Position numbers and translations under genes: made by a program
Notes under the pieces: generated by a model
Database searches by the model: none
What the model saw: only the letters and a program-made list of their open reading frames with translations
What the model was told of the DNA's origin: nothing
Part shown: positions 18,990 through 28,848 of the stretch, one piece after another
Position numbering within the stretch: the stretch's first letter is position 1
Layout: each line of letters begins with the position of its first letter
Source: Vulcanimicrobiota bacterium
GTDB lineage: Bacteria; Vulcanimicrobiota; Vulcanimicrobiia; Vulcanimicrobiales; Vulcanimicrobiaceae
Direction of reading: 5' to 3'
Assembly (NCBI GenBank): GCA_963733295.1
Contig: CAVTCS010000003.1
Location: forward strand, 2,908,113-2,972,112
Length of the DNA stretch: 64,000 nucleotides

Positions 18990-21602
18990 ATGCCCATCAC
19001 GTCGCAAGAGCTGCGTCGCTCGTTTGTCGACTTCTTCGTTTCGAAGGGGCACAAAGCGCTGCCCTCGGCGAGCCTGGTTCCGGCCGAGATGTCGACGACG
19101 CTGTTCACCATCGCCGGGATGGAACAGTTCGTCCCGGTTTTCCTCGGCGACGCAGCGCCGCCCGCACCGCGCGCGGTCACCGTTCAACGTTGCTTGCGAG
19201 TTGCGGGCGCTAAAAGCGACATCGAGAACGTCGGCCGCACCGGCCGGCACGGCACGTTGCTGGAAATGCTCGGCAACTTCAGCTTCGGGGACTATTACAA
19301 GCGCGAAGCGATCGCGCTCGCCTGGGAATATCTGACCGGACGCCTCGGTTTGCCGGCGGAGAAGTTGTACGTGACGGTGCACGTCGACGACGACGAAGCG
19401 CAGCAGCTCTGGGAGAGTGAGATCGGCCTCGCTCCCGAGCGGATCACCCGCTTTGACGCGGACAACTTTTGGACGATGGGTTCCACCGGCCCGTGCGGAC
19501 CGTGTTCCGAGATCTTTTACGACACCGGCGTTCAGTACGCGAGCGACGCCAACGACACGGGTCCAAATCTCGGCAGCCGTTACGTGGAAATCTGGAACCT
19601 CGTATTCCAGCAGTACAATCGAACCGCCGACGGCGCGTTGCACGAGCTGCCGAAGAAGTCGATCGACACCGGCGCCGGGTTCGAACGCATACTCGCGGTC
19701 GCGAACGGCCTCGCGTCGATGTACGAGACCGACCTGTTCGCCGACTTGATCGCAGCCCAGCCCGAGGTTCGTGCGAGTTCGCTCGCTTCGGACGAGCAGC
19801 TCGTGCGCCGGCGCATCATCGCCGATCACGCGCGCGCGGTGACCTTCTTGATCGCGGACGGCGTCTATCCGTCCAACACCGACCGGGGCTACGTCTTGCG
19901 CTTTCTGGCACGGCGCGCGATTCGCAACGGGAAACTGCTCGGCTACCCGAGCGGTTTTTTGACCGCGCTCGTTCCGCACGTCGTGCGCTCGCTGGCACCG
20001 GGTTATCCCGAGCTGCGGCCGGCGACCGGGCGCATCGAGCAAGCTCTCGGCGCGGAAGAGCTGGCCTTCGAGCGGACGCTCGAGCGCGGCAACGAGATGC
20101 TCGCCGGGCTGATCGAAACCGCGAAGCGCGAAGGCGCGCCGCTGGCGGGACGCGACGTCTTCGTGCTCCACGATACCTACGGTTTTCCCATCGAGTTGAC
20201 GCGCGAGATCGCGGCGGAAGCGGATGTCACGGTCGACGTCGCCGCTTACGAAGCGGCGATGGACGAACAGCGCGAACGCGCGCGCGCCGACGCGCAGCGG
20301 AAACGTTCCGTCGTCGCGGTTACGGATGCGCCCGCGCTTTCGAGCGAGTACACCGGATACGACGGTCTCGAGAGCGACGGCAGCGTGAGCGCGATCTTGC
20401 AGGACGGCTCGCCGGTGGAGTACGTCGTCGACGGCGACGAGGCGCAGCTCATCTTGGATCGGACGTCATTCTATGCCGAGAAAGGCGGACAGATCGGCGA
20501 CCGCGGTCTCATCGCGACGCCGGAGGCCACGTTCCAGGTGCTCGACACGCAGTTCGCCGGCGACGCGATCGTGCACCGCGGGGTCGTGCGCGGCGGCGCG
20601 ATTCGCGTCGGCGATGCGGCGCACAGCGCGGTCGACCCGGCTTGGCGTCAAGAGATCCGCCGCCACCACACCTCCGCGCATCTGCTGCAGCGCGCGCTCA
20701 AAGACGTGCTTGGCGACGAAGTGATCCAGGCCGGATCGTGGGTCGGCGTCGACCGCATGCGTTTCGATTTTCGCTCGCCCTCGGGCGCGCTGTCGCCCTC
20801 GCAGAAGCGCGACGTGATCGCTCGCGTCAACGCAATGATCCGCGACGATCATCATCTGGTCACGAAGGTTATGACCCCGGCCGAAGCTGCGGCCTCCGGC
20901 GCGATCTCGATGGCCGGTGAGAAGTACGGCGAGCGAGTGCGCGTCGTTCACGCCGGTCCCTCGATCGAATTCTGCGGCGGAACGCACGCCATCACGACCG
21001 GCGAGCTCGGGATGTTCCTCATCCTCTCCGAATCGTCGATCGGCAGCGGGATCCGCCGCCTCGAATCGGTCGTGTCCAGGGCGGCCGAAGCGTACGTGCT
21101 CGAGCAGCAAGATCTCGTCGGCGCGCTTTCGGAGCGGCTTTCGGCGGCGCCCGCGGACTTGCTCGAGCGGGTCGAGCGCATCCAAGGCGACGTGCGCGAC
21201 TTGCAAAAGTCGCTCGGCGAGATCAAGGCGCGTCTCGCGGTTGCCGACGCCGCCGAATTCCTGGCGCGCGCCGAAACGATCGGCGAGACGCGCGTCGTCG
21301 CGGCGGTCGTCCCGGAAGCGACGAACGAGACGCTCAAGCATCTCAGCGCGGCGATCCGCGGCAAGTTGCGCGAAGGCGTCATCGCCTTGGCCGGCGTCGA
21401 CGACGGAACCGTTTCGTTACTCGTGACCGCCAGTGACGACGCGGTGCGCCGCGGCGTCAACGCGGGCAACCTGGTGAAGCTTGCGGCGCCGCTGGTCGGC
21501 GGCCGCGGCGGCGGTGCGCCCGGTCAAGGACAGGGCGGCGGTAAAGATCCTGCCGGGGCGGCGGCCGCGCTCGCCGCGATTCGGAACGCGCTCGCGGGAT
21601 GA
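18990..21602 (+). CDS. alaS: Alanine--tRNA ligase
   Basis: EMLGNFSFGDYYK, GPCGPCSEI, IDTGAGFER, editing-domain HTSAH...CGGTH, C-terminal GGRGGG. Confidence 0.98.
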   Translation: MPITSQELRRSFVDFFVSKGHKALPSASLVPAEMSTTLFTIAGMEQFVPVFLGDAAPPAPRAVTVQRCLRVAGAKSDIENVGRTGRHGTLLEMLGNFSFGDYYKREAIALAWEYLTGRLGLPAEKLYVTVHVDDDEAQQLWESEIGLAPERITRFDADNFWTMGSTGPCGPCSEIFYDTGVQYASDANDTGPNLGSRYVEIWNLVFQQYNRTADGALHELPKKSIDTGAGFERILAVANGLASMYETDLFADLIAAQPEVRASSLASDEQLVRRRIIADHARAVTFLIADGVYPSNTDRGYVLRFLARRAIRNGKLLGYPSGFLTALVPHVVRSLAPGYPELRPATGRIEQALGAEELAFERTLERGNEMLAGLIETAKREGAPLAGRDVFVLHDTYGFPIELTREIAAEADVTVDVAAYEAAMDEQRERARADAQRKRSVVAVTDAPALSSEYTGYDGLESDGSVSAILQDGSPVEYVVDGDEAQLILDRTSFYAEKGGQIGDRGLIATPEATFQVLDTQFAGDAIVHRGVVRGGAIRVGDAAHSAVDPAWRQEIRRHHTSAHLLQRALKDVLGDEVIQAGSWVGVDRMRFDFRSPSGALSPSQKRDVIARVNAMIRDDHHLVTKVMTPAEAAASGAISMAGEKYGERVRVVHAGPSIEFCGGTHAITTGELGMFLILSESSIGSGIRRLESVVSRAAEAYVLEQQDLVGALSERLSAAPADLLERVERIQGDVRDLQKSLGEIKARLAVADAAEFLARAETIGETRVVAAVVPEATNETLKHLSAAIRGKLREGVIALAGVDDGTVSLLVTASDDAVRRGVNAGNLVKLAAPLVGGRGGGAPGQGQGGGKDPAGAAAALAAIRNALAG

Positions 21603-22339
21603 TGCTCGCGCGCCGCACGGCGCTCGCGACCCTGAGTCTCGTTCTGGTGTGCTTGAGCGTCTCGACTGCGGCGCCGCTTCCGCGACCGCTCGAATCGCAT
21701 GTCGTACTCGCACGCTACGCGGAGGCTTTGGCCGGCGTTTCGCGGCCGAGCGCGGTCGAGTTCGAATATACCGTCGAGCAACTGGGGGCGCGCACGCTGC
21801 AGCAAACGCACCGCGTGTACCGGAGCGGGGAAAGCGAGCGCGACGAGATCGTCGCTGCCGACGGTCAGAAACTCTCGCGGCCGAGCGTTCGCATTTTGCT
21901 CAATCGCGGATACCCGTACGACGTTCGTTCGATCGCGCCCCAGCCGGCGACGTACACCTTCATCTACACCGGAACGTTAATGCAGCCCAACGACCGCTTC
22001 GTCTACCTGTACAGGACCGAACCGAAGGGGCTCGAGGGGAACTTCGTCGTCGACGAGGTGGGAATCGACGGAGCCTCGTTCTTACCGGTCAGCATGCACT
22101 TCCGCATCGCCGGCGCCGGCGCGCACGGTTCGGGGCGCATCGAGTACGCGAGGTTCGATCGCTACTGGCTCGTCCGCGAAGCCGAGGTCGCCGTGCACAT
22201 GCCGAAAGGTTCGCTCGCCAACGAACGCATCGTCTGGTCGAAGTATCAGTTTCCTCCCTCGCTTCCACCCGAGACGTTCCGCGAACCGCGTCCCGCCGCA
22301 ACTTCGCCCGAAGAGCCCGGCAACGTTTCGGTCCCGTAG
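21599..22339 (+). CDS. Exported protein of unknown function (beta-rich)
   Basis: Signal peptide; coupled to alaS; Pro-rich tail. Confidence 0.65.
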   Translation: MMLARRTALATLSLVLVCLSVSTAAPLPRPLESHVVLARYAEALAGVSRPSAVEFEYTVEQLGARTLQQTHRVYRSGESERDEIVAADGQKLSRPSVRILLNRGYPYDVRSIAPQPATYTFIYTGTLMQPNDRFVYLYRTEPKGLEGNFVVDEVGIDGASFLPVSMHFRIAGAGAHGSGRIEYARFDRYWLVREAEVAVHMPKGSLANERIVWSKYQFPPSLPPETFREPRPAATSPEEPGNVSVP

Positions 22340-22419
22340 GAGCGTGTGACAGCGGCACCGCCCTTTGGCGCCGCCGTTCGTGATATGCTGAGCGCGCGCA
22401 AGACTTGGGGGGCGCCTGC

Positions 22420-23961
22420 ATGCTTCGAGTGTTACGCGTTGTAATCGGGGCCGTGATTTTCTTCGTCGCTCCTCTTTCGGCGTACGCGGCGGGTGGAATC
22501 TCGTCGACGATCACCGTCCTGCCGCCGGATACGGTAGGGATTTCGCTCGTCCAGGGTCCGGATGGCAACCTATGGTTCTCAGACGCCAACAACGTGAGCG
22601 CGAGCAACGCGTATATCGTGCGCATCGGCCCAGGTGGAGCGCTCTCGTTCTTTCCGACGCCGCTGTTGAGGCTGCCCAGCGGACGGCTCGAGCGAACGAT
22701 CGTGTGGGACATCGCAAACGCTCCACATGGTGGCAACGGCGCTTCGCTTCGCTCGAGTCCGAAGCTGCAGCCCATCCCGGTGCCTTCGCAACTCGTGTTC
22801 TATTGGCTCACTGTCGACAACGTCGATTCGCCTACGACGAGCGAGTCTGGCTTAGGCACGGTCAACGTTGTGCGTCCCTCGGTCATCAACGAGTACGGGG
22901 CGCAACTCCCCGGAGATCCGCTCTACTCCCCAAAGCTGACGCCGGATCCGTTCGGACTCGGTCTTGCATCGTCGGCCTCGCCACCGTATGTATGGCTGTA
23001 TGCCCATGGCCCCACGTCGAGCAATTCGGCACGAGAGTTCGTTGCGGGATACCGTTACCCGTTCGTTCCCTCGACGCCGGTCACGGCGTACCCGATCGGA
23101 ACGACGGCCCCGCCGGAGTTTTCCAGCGGTAATATGGCGACGGGTGTCGACGGGAATGTCTACTTTACGAGCCCGATTGGCGCGATCGGGCGGATCGATT
23201 CGGCTGGAACTGCGGAGTTTGCGCCAGGCGGATTCTTGGCCGACTACATCTTCGCCGACGACAGAAATCTTTGGGCGACGGGCGGCACCACTTTGGCGCG
23301 CTTTACTTATTTCGGATTGATGACGGGGAGCTTCAATGACCTCCCGTTCTTCGATCCCCTTCGCAATGCCGCCGCCGATGGCACGTTTTGGTCGCTCGCG
23401 CGCGACGGCGTGAACGGCATCTTCTACTTCACGCGTCGTGGGGACTCGGGACAACTGACACTTTACGGCGTGCGCAGCCAGCTCGCTGTCGGTTATACGT
23501 TTCCGACTTCGGTGGCCGTCGCTACGGACGGCACGGTTTGGGGGACGTTTTGGAATCCACTGCCCAAGCCGCACGTCTCCACGCTCATTTCGATGAAGTC
23601 CAATCGCGTCGGACAAACATTCCCCCAGCAGCTGACGCTCGGCGCCGGCCAATCCGCGCTGGTCGCAGTCTCGGAGACCAACTACGGTGGTACAGCGTTC
23701 ACGAGCAGTCTCCCGAACTCGAATTGCCCGCTCACCGTCAGTCCCGGTGCAGCCCGGGGCACGTTCGTCGTGGGCGCCACCTCGGCTCCGTACTTCGATT
23801 GCGGCGTCCTTTTCACCGATCCCGACGGCGTGGCAGTGTGGCTACCGGTCGTGACTCCCGGGCAACCGCCTGGCGCACGCCCGCGAGAAGGGCTCGACGT
23901 TCGCGCAAGGCTCTTTGGAAAGGCCTTACCCGTAAACGAATTTTCGCGCAGCGCGCTCTAG
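22420..23961 (+). CDS. Secreted Vgb-like beta-propeller protein
   Basis: Signal peptide; blades QGPDGNLWFS, TGVDGNVYFT, AADGTFW, ATDGTVW; C-terminal beta-sandwich-like region. Confidence 0.65.
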   Translation: MLRVLRVVIGAVIFFVAPLSAYAAGGISSTITVLPPDTVGISLVQGPDGNLWFSDANNVSASNAYIVRIGPGGALSFFPTPLLRLPSGRLERTIVWDIANAPHGGNGASLRSSPKLQPIPVPSQLVFYWLTVDNVDSPTTSESGLGTVNVVRPSVINEYGAQLPGDPLYSPKLTPDPFGLGLASSASPPYVWLYAHGPTSSNSAREFVAGYRYPFVPSTPVTAYPIGTTAPPEFSSGNMATGVDGNVYFTSPIGAIGRIDSAGTAEFAPGGFLADYIFADDRNLWATGGTTLARFTYFGLMTGSFNDLPFFDPLRNAAADGTFWSLARDGVNGIFYFTRRGDSGQLTLYGVRSQLAVGYTFPTSVAVATDGTVWGTFWNPLPKPHVSTLISMKSNRVGQTFPQQLTLGAGQSALVAVSETNYGGTAFTSSLPNSNCPLTVSPGAARGTFVVGATSAPYFDCGVLFTDPDGVAVWLPVVTPGQPPGARPREGLDVRARLFGKALPVNEFSRSAL

Positions 23962-24602
23962 AGCGCTTGTTCGCCGATGTCGGCGCGCAGTTCGGTCAGG
24001 TGGCCGGTGTAACACTCGTCGAGCACGCGCAGCTGCGTACCATCGCGTACGAGCGTGGCGAAGGCCGCGTTTTCGACTTGGACTTTCCAGAAGTCGTCGA
24101 GCGGCCGGTCTTCGGCGGCGAGCAGGGCGCAGCGTACGACCGCGTCGTGCGTGATCGCGAGGACGTCGTCGTCGGTTGCAACGAGCGATGCGGCGAAGTC
24201 CGACCAGCGCGCCGAAACCTGGGCGAGCGTTTCGCCGTTTTCGAATGCGACGTGCGCGGGGTCTTCACGCCAGGTGCGATAGCGCGCGGGGTCGTTGCGC
24301 GCGAGCTCGTCGCGGTAGCGTCCTTCCCACGTGCCGTGCGCGATCTCGATCAAGCGCTCGTCGGTCTCGACGCGCAGTCCTAAGCGGTAGCGCGTGAACT
24401 CTGCGGTCGCCGTGCAGCGCAAGAGCGGGCTCGAGACGATGCGCGCCGGGAAGGGATCGCCGCGCAGCGAGGCCTCGAAGAAATGCTCGGCCAGCGCGAA
24501 ACCTTGCCGTACGCCGAGCGCGGAGAGTGCGGACTCGAGCCGCCCTTGATAGCGCCCGGCCAGGTTCCAAGTCGTCTCGCCGTGGCGCGCGAGCCAGATC
24601 AC
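23958..24602 (-). CDS. Histidine phosphatase (dPGM-like), probable metal-independent phosphoserine phosphatase
   Basis: RHGETTWN, SSPLLRC, EIAHGTWEG; coupled downstream of serA. Confidence 0.8.
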   Translation of the reverse strand: MIWLARHGETTWNLAGRYQGRLESALSALGVRQGFALAEHFFEASLRGDPFPARIVSSPLLRCTATAEFTRYRLGLRVETDERLIEIAHGTWEGRYRDELARNDPARYRTWREDPAHVAFENGETLAQVSARWSDFAASLVATDDDVLAITHDAVVRCALLAAEDRPLDDFWKVQVENAAFATLVRDGTQLRVLDECYTGHLTELRADIGEQAL

Positions 24603-26209
24603 ACGTCGAGTGCGCGCACGCTCGAGACGCCCTCGATGGACCGCAGCCGTTCGAGCGTGGCCTCCTCCGCGGGCCGGTCGATCGCGAGTATCATCAGCGC
24701 GTCGCCGCCGGCGGCGTGCCGCCCGACTTGCATCGCCGAGATGTTGACCGCGTCGGCGCCGAGGATCGTGCCGACTTTACCGATCATGCCCGGAACGTCG
24801 GCGTGACGCGTGAGCAGCAGCGAACCGCTCGGGATCGCATCGGTTTCGAAACCGTCGATCGAGACGATGCGCGGGCCGCCGAAGGCGATCGTTCCGGCCA
24901 GCGAGGTTCGGCCGCCGACGACGCGCAGGGCCGCACCAAATGAGTCGGCGGCCGCGTCGGCACGGACGTCGACAGTCAAGCCGAGCTCGCGCGCGATCGC
25001 GCCCGCGTTCACCATCGAAACGCGGCGCTCGGTTGCCGTCTGCAGCAAGCCGGTGAGGAACGCCGTGACGACGGGCGCGGAATCGAGTTCGGCGATCCGG
25101 CCTTCCATCGCAAGCGACATCGCACCGAGCGCGCTCGAGCTGTCGAGTTGCGGGAAGAGCCGGCCCATACGATACGCCAGGTCGACGAAGGGCCGTAAGC
25201 GGTCTGCGTCGGGTCCGTCTGCGACCGGCGCGTTGACCGCCGCCATCGCCGCGCCACCGAGTAAGACGCTCGCGACGTCTTGCGCCAACTCGACCGCGAT
25301 GCGCTCGAACGCTTCGACCGTCGAGCCCGCTAAGTGTGGTGTCGCGACGACCTTCGGATGAGCGTGGAGTTTCGCGCCGGGACTGCCGGGCGGCGGAGGC
25401 TCGACCGCGACGACGTCGAGCGCCGCACCGGCCAGAGCGCCGGCGTCGAGTGCCGCCAGAAGCGCCGCCTCGTCGATCAGCCCGCCGCGCGCGCAGTTGA
25501 CGATCCGCGCGTGCGGTTGCAAGAGCGCGAGTTTCTCGGCATCGATCATGCCGCGCGTTTGCGCGTTGAGCGCTGTGTGGAGCGTCACGATGTCGGAGCG
25601 CTGCAAGAGCTCGTCGAGCGGCACGAGCTCCGCGCCGAAGGCCTCGGCTCGCGCTTTCGAAATGAACGCATCGGTGGCGAGGAGCTTCATGCCGAATGCA
25701 GCGGCGCGTTGGGCGACCGCGCCGCCGATTCTCCCGAGCCCGACGATTCCAAGCGTCTTATGCGCCAGCTCGGTGCCGGTGAAGGCCTTGCGGTCCCACG
25801 CCCCTGCACGCAGCGAAGCGACCGCGGCCGGGACGTGTCGCACCAGCGCGAGCATCAGCGCAAAGGTCTGCTCGGTCGCGGCGAGCGTGTTCGCACCCGG
25901 CGTATTGAGAACCACGATGCCGGCATCCGTCGCGGCCGCGACGTCGATCGCATCGACGCCGACGCCGGCACGCGCGACGACCGCCAGCTTGGGACCATGA
26001 CGCAGCAACTCGCGATCGACGCGCGTCTCCGAGCGTACGATCAAACCGTCCGCCTCGAGGAGGGCGGCGGCGAGCGATTCGGGTTTGCCGATGCACGAAA
26101 CGATTTCGATCCCGCGCTCGCGCAACACGGCGAGGCCGCTCTCGGCGAATGGTTCGGCGACGACGACGCGGGCGCGGGAGAGGCGGGGCCGATTGGGGGG
26201 GCTAATCAC
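24599..26209 (-). CDS. serA: D-3-phosphoglycerate dehydrogenase with ASB and ACT domains
   Basis: RAGVGVD, GIVGLGRIG, NCARGGLIDE, TPHLAGST, ACT motif DVPGMIGKVGTILG. Confidence 0.95.
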   Translation of the reverse strand: MISPPNRPRLSRARVVVAEPFAESGLAVLRERGIEIVSCIGKPESLAAALLEADGLIVRSETRVDRELLRHGPKLAVVARAGVGVDAIDVAAATDAGIVVLNTPGANTLAATEQTFALMLALVRHVPAAVASLRAGAWDRKAFTGTELAHKTLGIVGLGRIGGAVAQRAAAFGMKLLATDAFISKARAEAFGAELVPLDELLQRSDIVTLHTALNAQTRGMIDAEKLALLQPHARIVNCARGGLIDEAALLAALDAGALAGAALDVVAVEPPPPGSPGAKLHAHPKVVATPHLAGSTVEAFERIAVELAQDVASVLLGGAAMAAVNAPVADGPDADRLRPFVDLAYRMGRLFPQLDSSSALGAMSLAMEGRIAELDSAPVVTAFLTGLLQTATERRVSMVNAGAIARELGLTVDVRADAAADSFGAALRVVGGRTSLAGTIAFGGPRIVSIDGFETDAIPSGSLLLTRHADVPGMIGKVGTILGADAVNISAMQVGRHAAGGDALMILAIDRPAEEATLERLRSIEGVSSVRALDV

Positions 26210-26298
26210 GAGCTTTCGACGATGCGGCGACGGTTTGACGGTTCATGCGCCCTTGAACGTTGGTTGGCCTTTGCCGGGCCGGCCGTTTTGATGCCGTA

Positions 26299-27504
26299 AT
26301 GGCGCACGCGCGACCGGTAAAAGTGTGGGAAGCCCCACTCGCGGGCCTGCTGGCCGTCTCGCTGATCGCTCAAACGTTGCGACCGCACGCGACGATCTTC
26401 GCGAATTACGCCTATTTCGCGCAGTCGCTGCTGCGCGGTCACCTGTGGATCGACGACTGGCCCGGACCGCGCATCGATGCGGTGTTCTATCACGGCCGCT
26501 ACTATATCGTCAACGATCCCGTGCCCGGTTTTCTCATGCTTCCGCTGGTCAAACTCGCCGGCTTGCACGCGAGTCAAACGTTAGTTGGCGTAATCTTCGC
26601 AGGCATCGCGATGGGTGCCGCGTGGAAGCTCCTCGCCAACCTCGGCGTATCGGTTTCGACCAGCATCTGGCTGAGCGCGTTCCTACTGCTCGGGACCGAC
26701 CTTTGGTGGTGCAGCTCGCTCGGCGACGTGTGGTTTCTCGCGCAGACGTGTGCCGTCGCGTTCACGCTGCTCGCCCTGCTCGAGCTTTCCGGCAAGAACC
26801 GTTCGTGGCTCGTGGCGCTTTGGTTCGTGCTGGCGATCGGCTCCCGCTTCACGATGGTGATGGCGACGCCGGTGATCGTTTGGTTGACCTTGCGCGGCGG
26901 TCTTCGCGCCGACGGGTCCACGTCGCCCTCAACGCGCGTCGAACCTCGCCGCTTGATTGGGCTGGGCGCCGTGTTCGTGCCGGCCTTCGCGCTCTGGGTC
27001 GCCTACAACGAGGCCCGCTGGGGCGTTCCTTGGGACAGCGGCCACACGATCTTTTACCATCAAGACTACCTCGCGGGTTCGCCGACGGGCTCGCCCTTCA
27101 ACATTGCTAACGTGCCCATGCAGCTGTGGTCGTTCCTGATCCAGTATCCGAAATTCTACCCGGTGTATCCGTTCATCGTGCCGCGTCCCACCGGACTCGC
27201 GTTGACGTGGTGCAGTCCGGCGCTCATCTGCGCCTTTTTCGCGCGCCGTCCGCGCGAACTCGTCATCGCGATGTGGACGGCCACCGCACTCGTCGCGATT
27301 CCGTCGCTGCTCTACTTCGTCAACGGCTATGCGCAGTTCGGCATGCGGCACGCGCTCGATTTCGAGCCCTTCATGCTCGTGTTGATGGCGCTCTACTTGC
27401 GCGAGCGCTTCCCGCTCTGGGCGAAGATCCTGCTCGCGTACTCCATCCTTGTCGGGGCCTGGGGTGTTTGGTTTTGGCGCATTTTCTACCGGCCGAACCG
27501 TTGA
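26299..27504 (+). CDS. Polytopic membrane protein, GT-C-like glycosyltransferase candidate (tandem copy 1)
   Basis: Many transmembrane segments; shares GTDLWWC..LGDVWF, YNEARWG and QFGMRHALDFEPF with the next gene. Confidence 0.7.
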   Translation: MAHARPVKVWEAPLAGLLAVSLIAQTLRPHATIFANYAYFAQSLLRGHLWIDDWPGPRIDAVFYHGRYYIVNDPVPGFLMLPLVKLAGLHASQTLVGVIFAGIAMGAAWKLLANLGVSVSTSIWLSAFLLLGTDLWWCSSLGDVWFLAQTCAVAFTLLALLELSGKNRSWLVALWFVLAIGSRFTMVMATPVIVWLTLRGGLRADGSTSPSTRVEPRRLIGLGAVFVPAFALWVAYNEARWGVPWDSGHTIFYHQDYLAGSPTGSPFNIANVPMQLWSFLIQYPKFYPVYPFIVPRPTGLALTWCSPALICAFFARRPRELVIAMWTATALVAIPSLLYFVNGYAQFGMRHALDFEPFMLVLMALYLRERFPLWAKILLAYSILVGAWGVWFWRIFYRPNR

Positions 27505-27550
27505 ACGCGCCAAGGATGTGCGACACCCGGCTGGAAAGCGGCGCCGGGGT

Positions 27551-28765
27551 ATGACAGCGATCGACTTTGCGAGTCTTCGCCGCAACACGGCGATCCGGCC
27601 GGTGATCGCCGGACTGCTCGCATTCGCCGCCGCGTACATCGCCTCGCACGGCCGCTCGACCCCGTACAACAACTACACGCTCCTCGCCGATGCGATCTTG
27701 CACGGAAGGTTGTGGATCGATTGGCCGGGCGAAAACACCAGCGACGCGCTGCTCTGGAACGGGCAGCATTACGTCATCGAAGCGCCGCTGCCCGGACTGC
27801 TCATGATCCCGGCGGCGATCTTCTGGAACGCGCAAGCCAACCAGACGTATCTTTCGCTTCTGCTGTGCGGTTGCGCGGTCGGCGTCATCTACGCGCTGTT
27901 GCAGCGCCTCGGCGTCGAGTTCTGGCCCGCCTTCTGGCTCACGTTGTTCTTCTTCGCCGGAACCGACCTGTGGTGGTGCGCGCAGCTCGGCGACGTGTGG
28001 TTCATCGCGCACGTTTCAGCCGTGCTGTTCACGATGCTCGTGCTCTTCGAACTGGCCGGCCCGGCGCGCGGCTGGGTCGTCGCGCTTTTGGGTGCGTGTG
28101 CGTTCGAGTCGCGCTTCTCGATGGTCATGGCGATGCCGCTCTATCTCTATTGCGTCGGCCGGGGCGGCCTCTTGCTGCCCGATCGCTTCCAGCTCTCGCG
28201 TCTGCGCGGGTTCGCGACCACGTGCGCCGTCGTGGCGGTGCTCTGGGTCGCGTACAACGAAGCGCGTTGGGGCTTACCGACCGACATCGGCTACACGGCT
28301 TGGTTTCATCACGACTCGTGGGGCCAACGCGAAGGCTCGCCCTTCCGCCTTTCCTACTTCCCCTACGAAGTCTATTCGTTCTTCATGCGCCCGCCGGTGC
28401 TCGTCGAATGGCTCCAGCAGGCGCAGCCGCCGTACTTCAAGGTCGACGTCAACGGCATCGCGCTCACCTTCACGAGCCCCGCGCTGATCCTCGCCTTCTG
28501 GTCGAAAGCGCCCCGCAACGTGAAGATCGCGCTCTGGATGACGATCGTGCTCGTCGCCGGGCCGTCGTTCTTCTATTACCTCAACGGCTGGTATCAGTTC
28601 GGGATGCGTCACGCCCTGGACTTCGAGCCGTTCCTGCTCGTGTTGATGGCCTTTGCCGTGCGCGACCGCGTGCCGCGCTGGGCCAAGGCGCTGATCGTGT
28701 ATTCGTGCCTCGTCAGCGTGTGGGGGATCTGGTACTGGAACGCGACCTATCGCGCCGGTGACTAG
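27551..28765 (+). CDS. Polytopic membrane protein, GT-C-like glycosyltransferase candidate (tandem copy 2)
   Basis: Paralog of 26299..27504 with the same motif blocks in the same order. Confidence 0.7.
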   Translation: MTAIDFASLRRNTAIRPVIAGLLAFAAAYIASHGRSTPYNNYTLLADAILHGRLWIDWPGENTSDALLWNGQHYVIEAPLPGLLMIPAAIFWNAQANQTYLSLLLCGCAVGVIYALLQRLGVEFWPAFWLTLFFFAGTDLWWCAQLGDVWFIAHVSAVLFTMLVLFELAGPARGWVVALLGACAFESRFSMVMAMPLYLYCVGRGGLLLPDRFQLSRLRGFATTCAVVAVLWVAYNEARWGLPTDIGYTAWFHHDSWGQREGSPFRLSYFPYEVYSFFMRPPVLVEWLQQAQPPYFKVDVNGIALTFTSPALILAFWSKAPRNVKIALWMTIVLVAGPSFFYYLNGWYQFGMRHALDFEPFLLVLMAFAVRDRVPRWAKALIVYSCLVSVWGIWYWNATYRAGD

Positions 28766-28766
28766 C

Positions 28767-28833
28767 GGCTTCGTCAGCGAGGGACGCGCCGAAACATCGG
28801 GGATATCTCGCCTGTAGAGGCGTAGACGAAGCC
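28767..28833 (+). other. Multi-stem structured intergenic segment upstream of the peptidase
   Basis: GGCTTCGTC/GACGAAGCC 9-bp closing stem with inner CCGA-AACA-TCGG and CGCCT-GTAG-AGGCG hairpins. Confidence 0.4.
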
Positions 28834-28848
28834 CAGTCCTCGAGGAGT

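Noticed and set aside
28767..28833. c-di-GMP-I riboswitch, suggested by GGGACGC
   Set aside because: The flanking GCAAA and tetraloop-receptor elements are absent; kept only as an unassigned structure.
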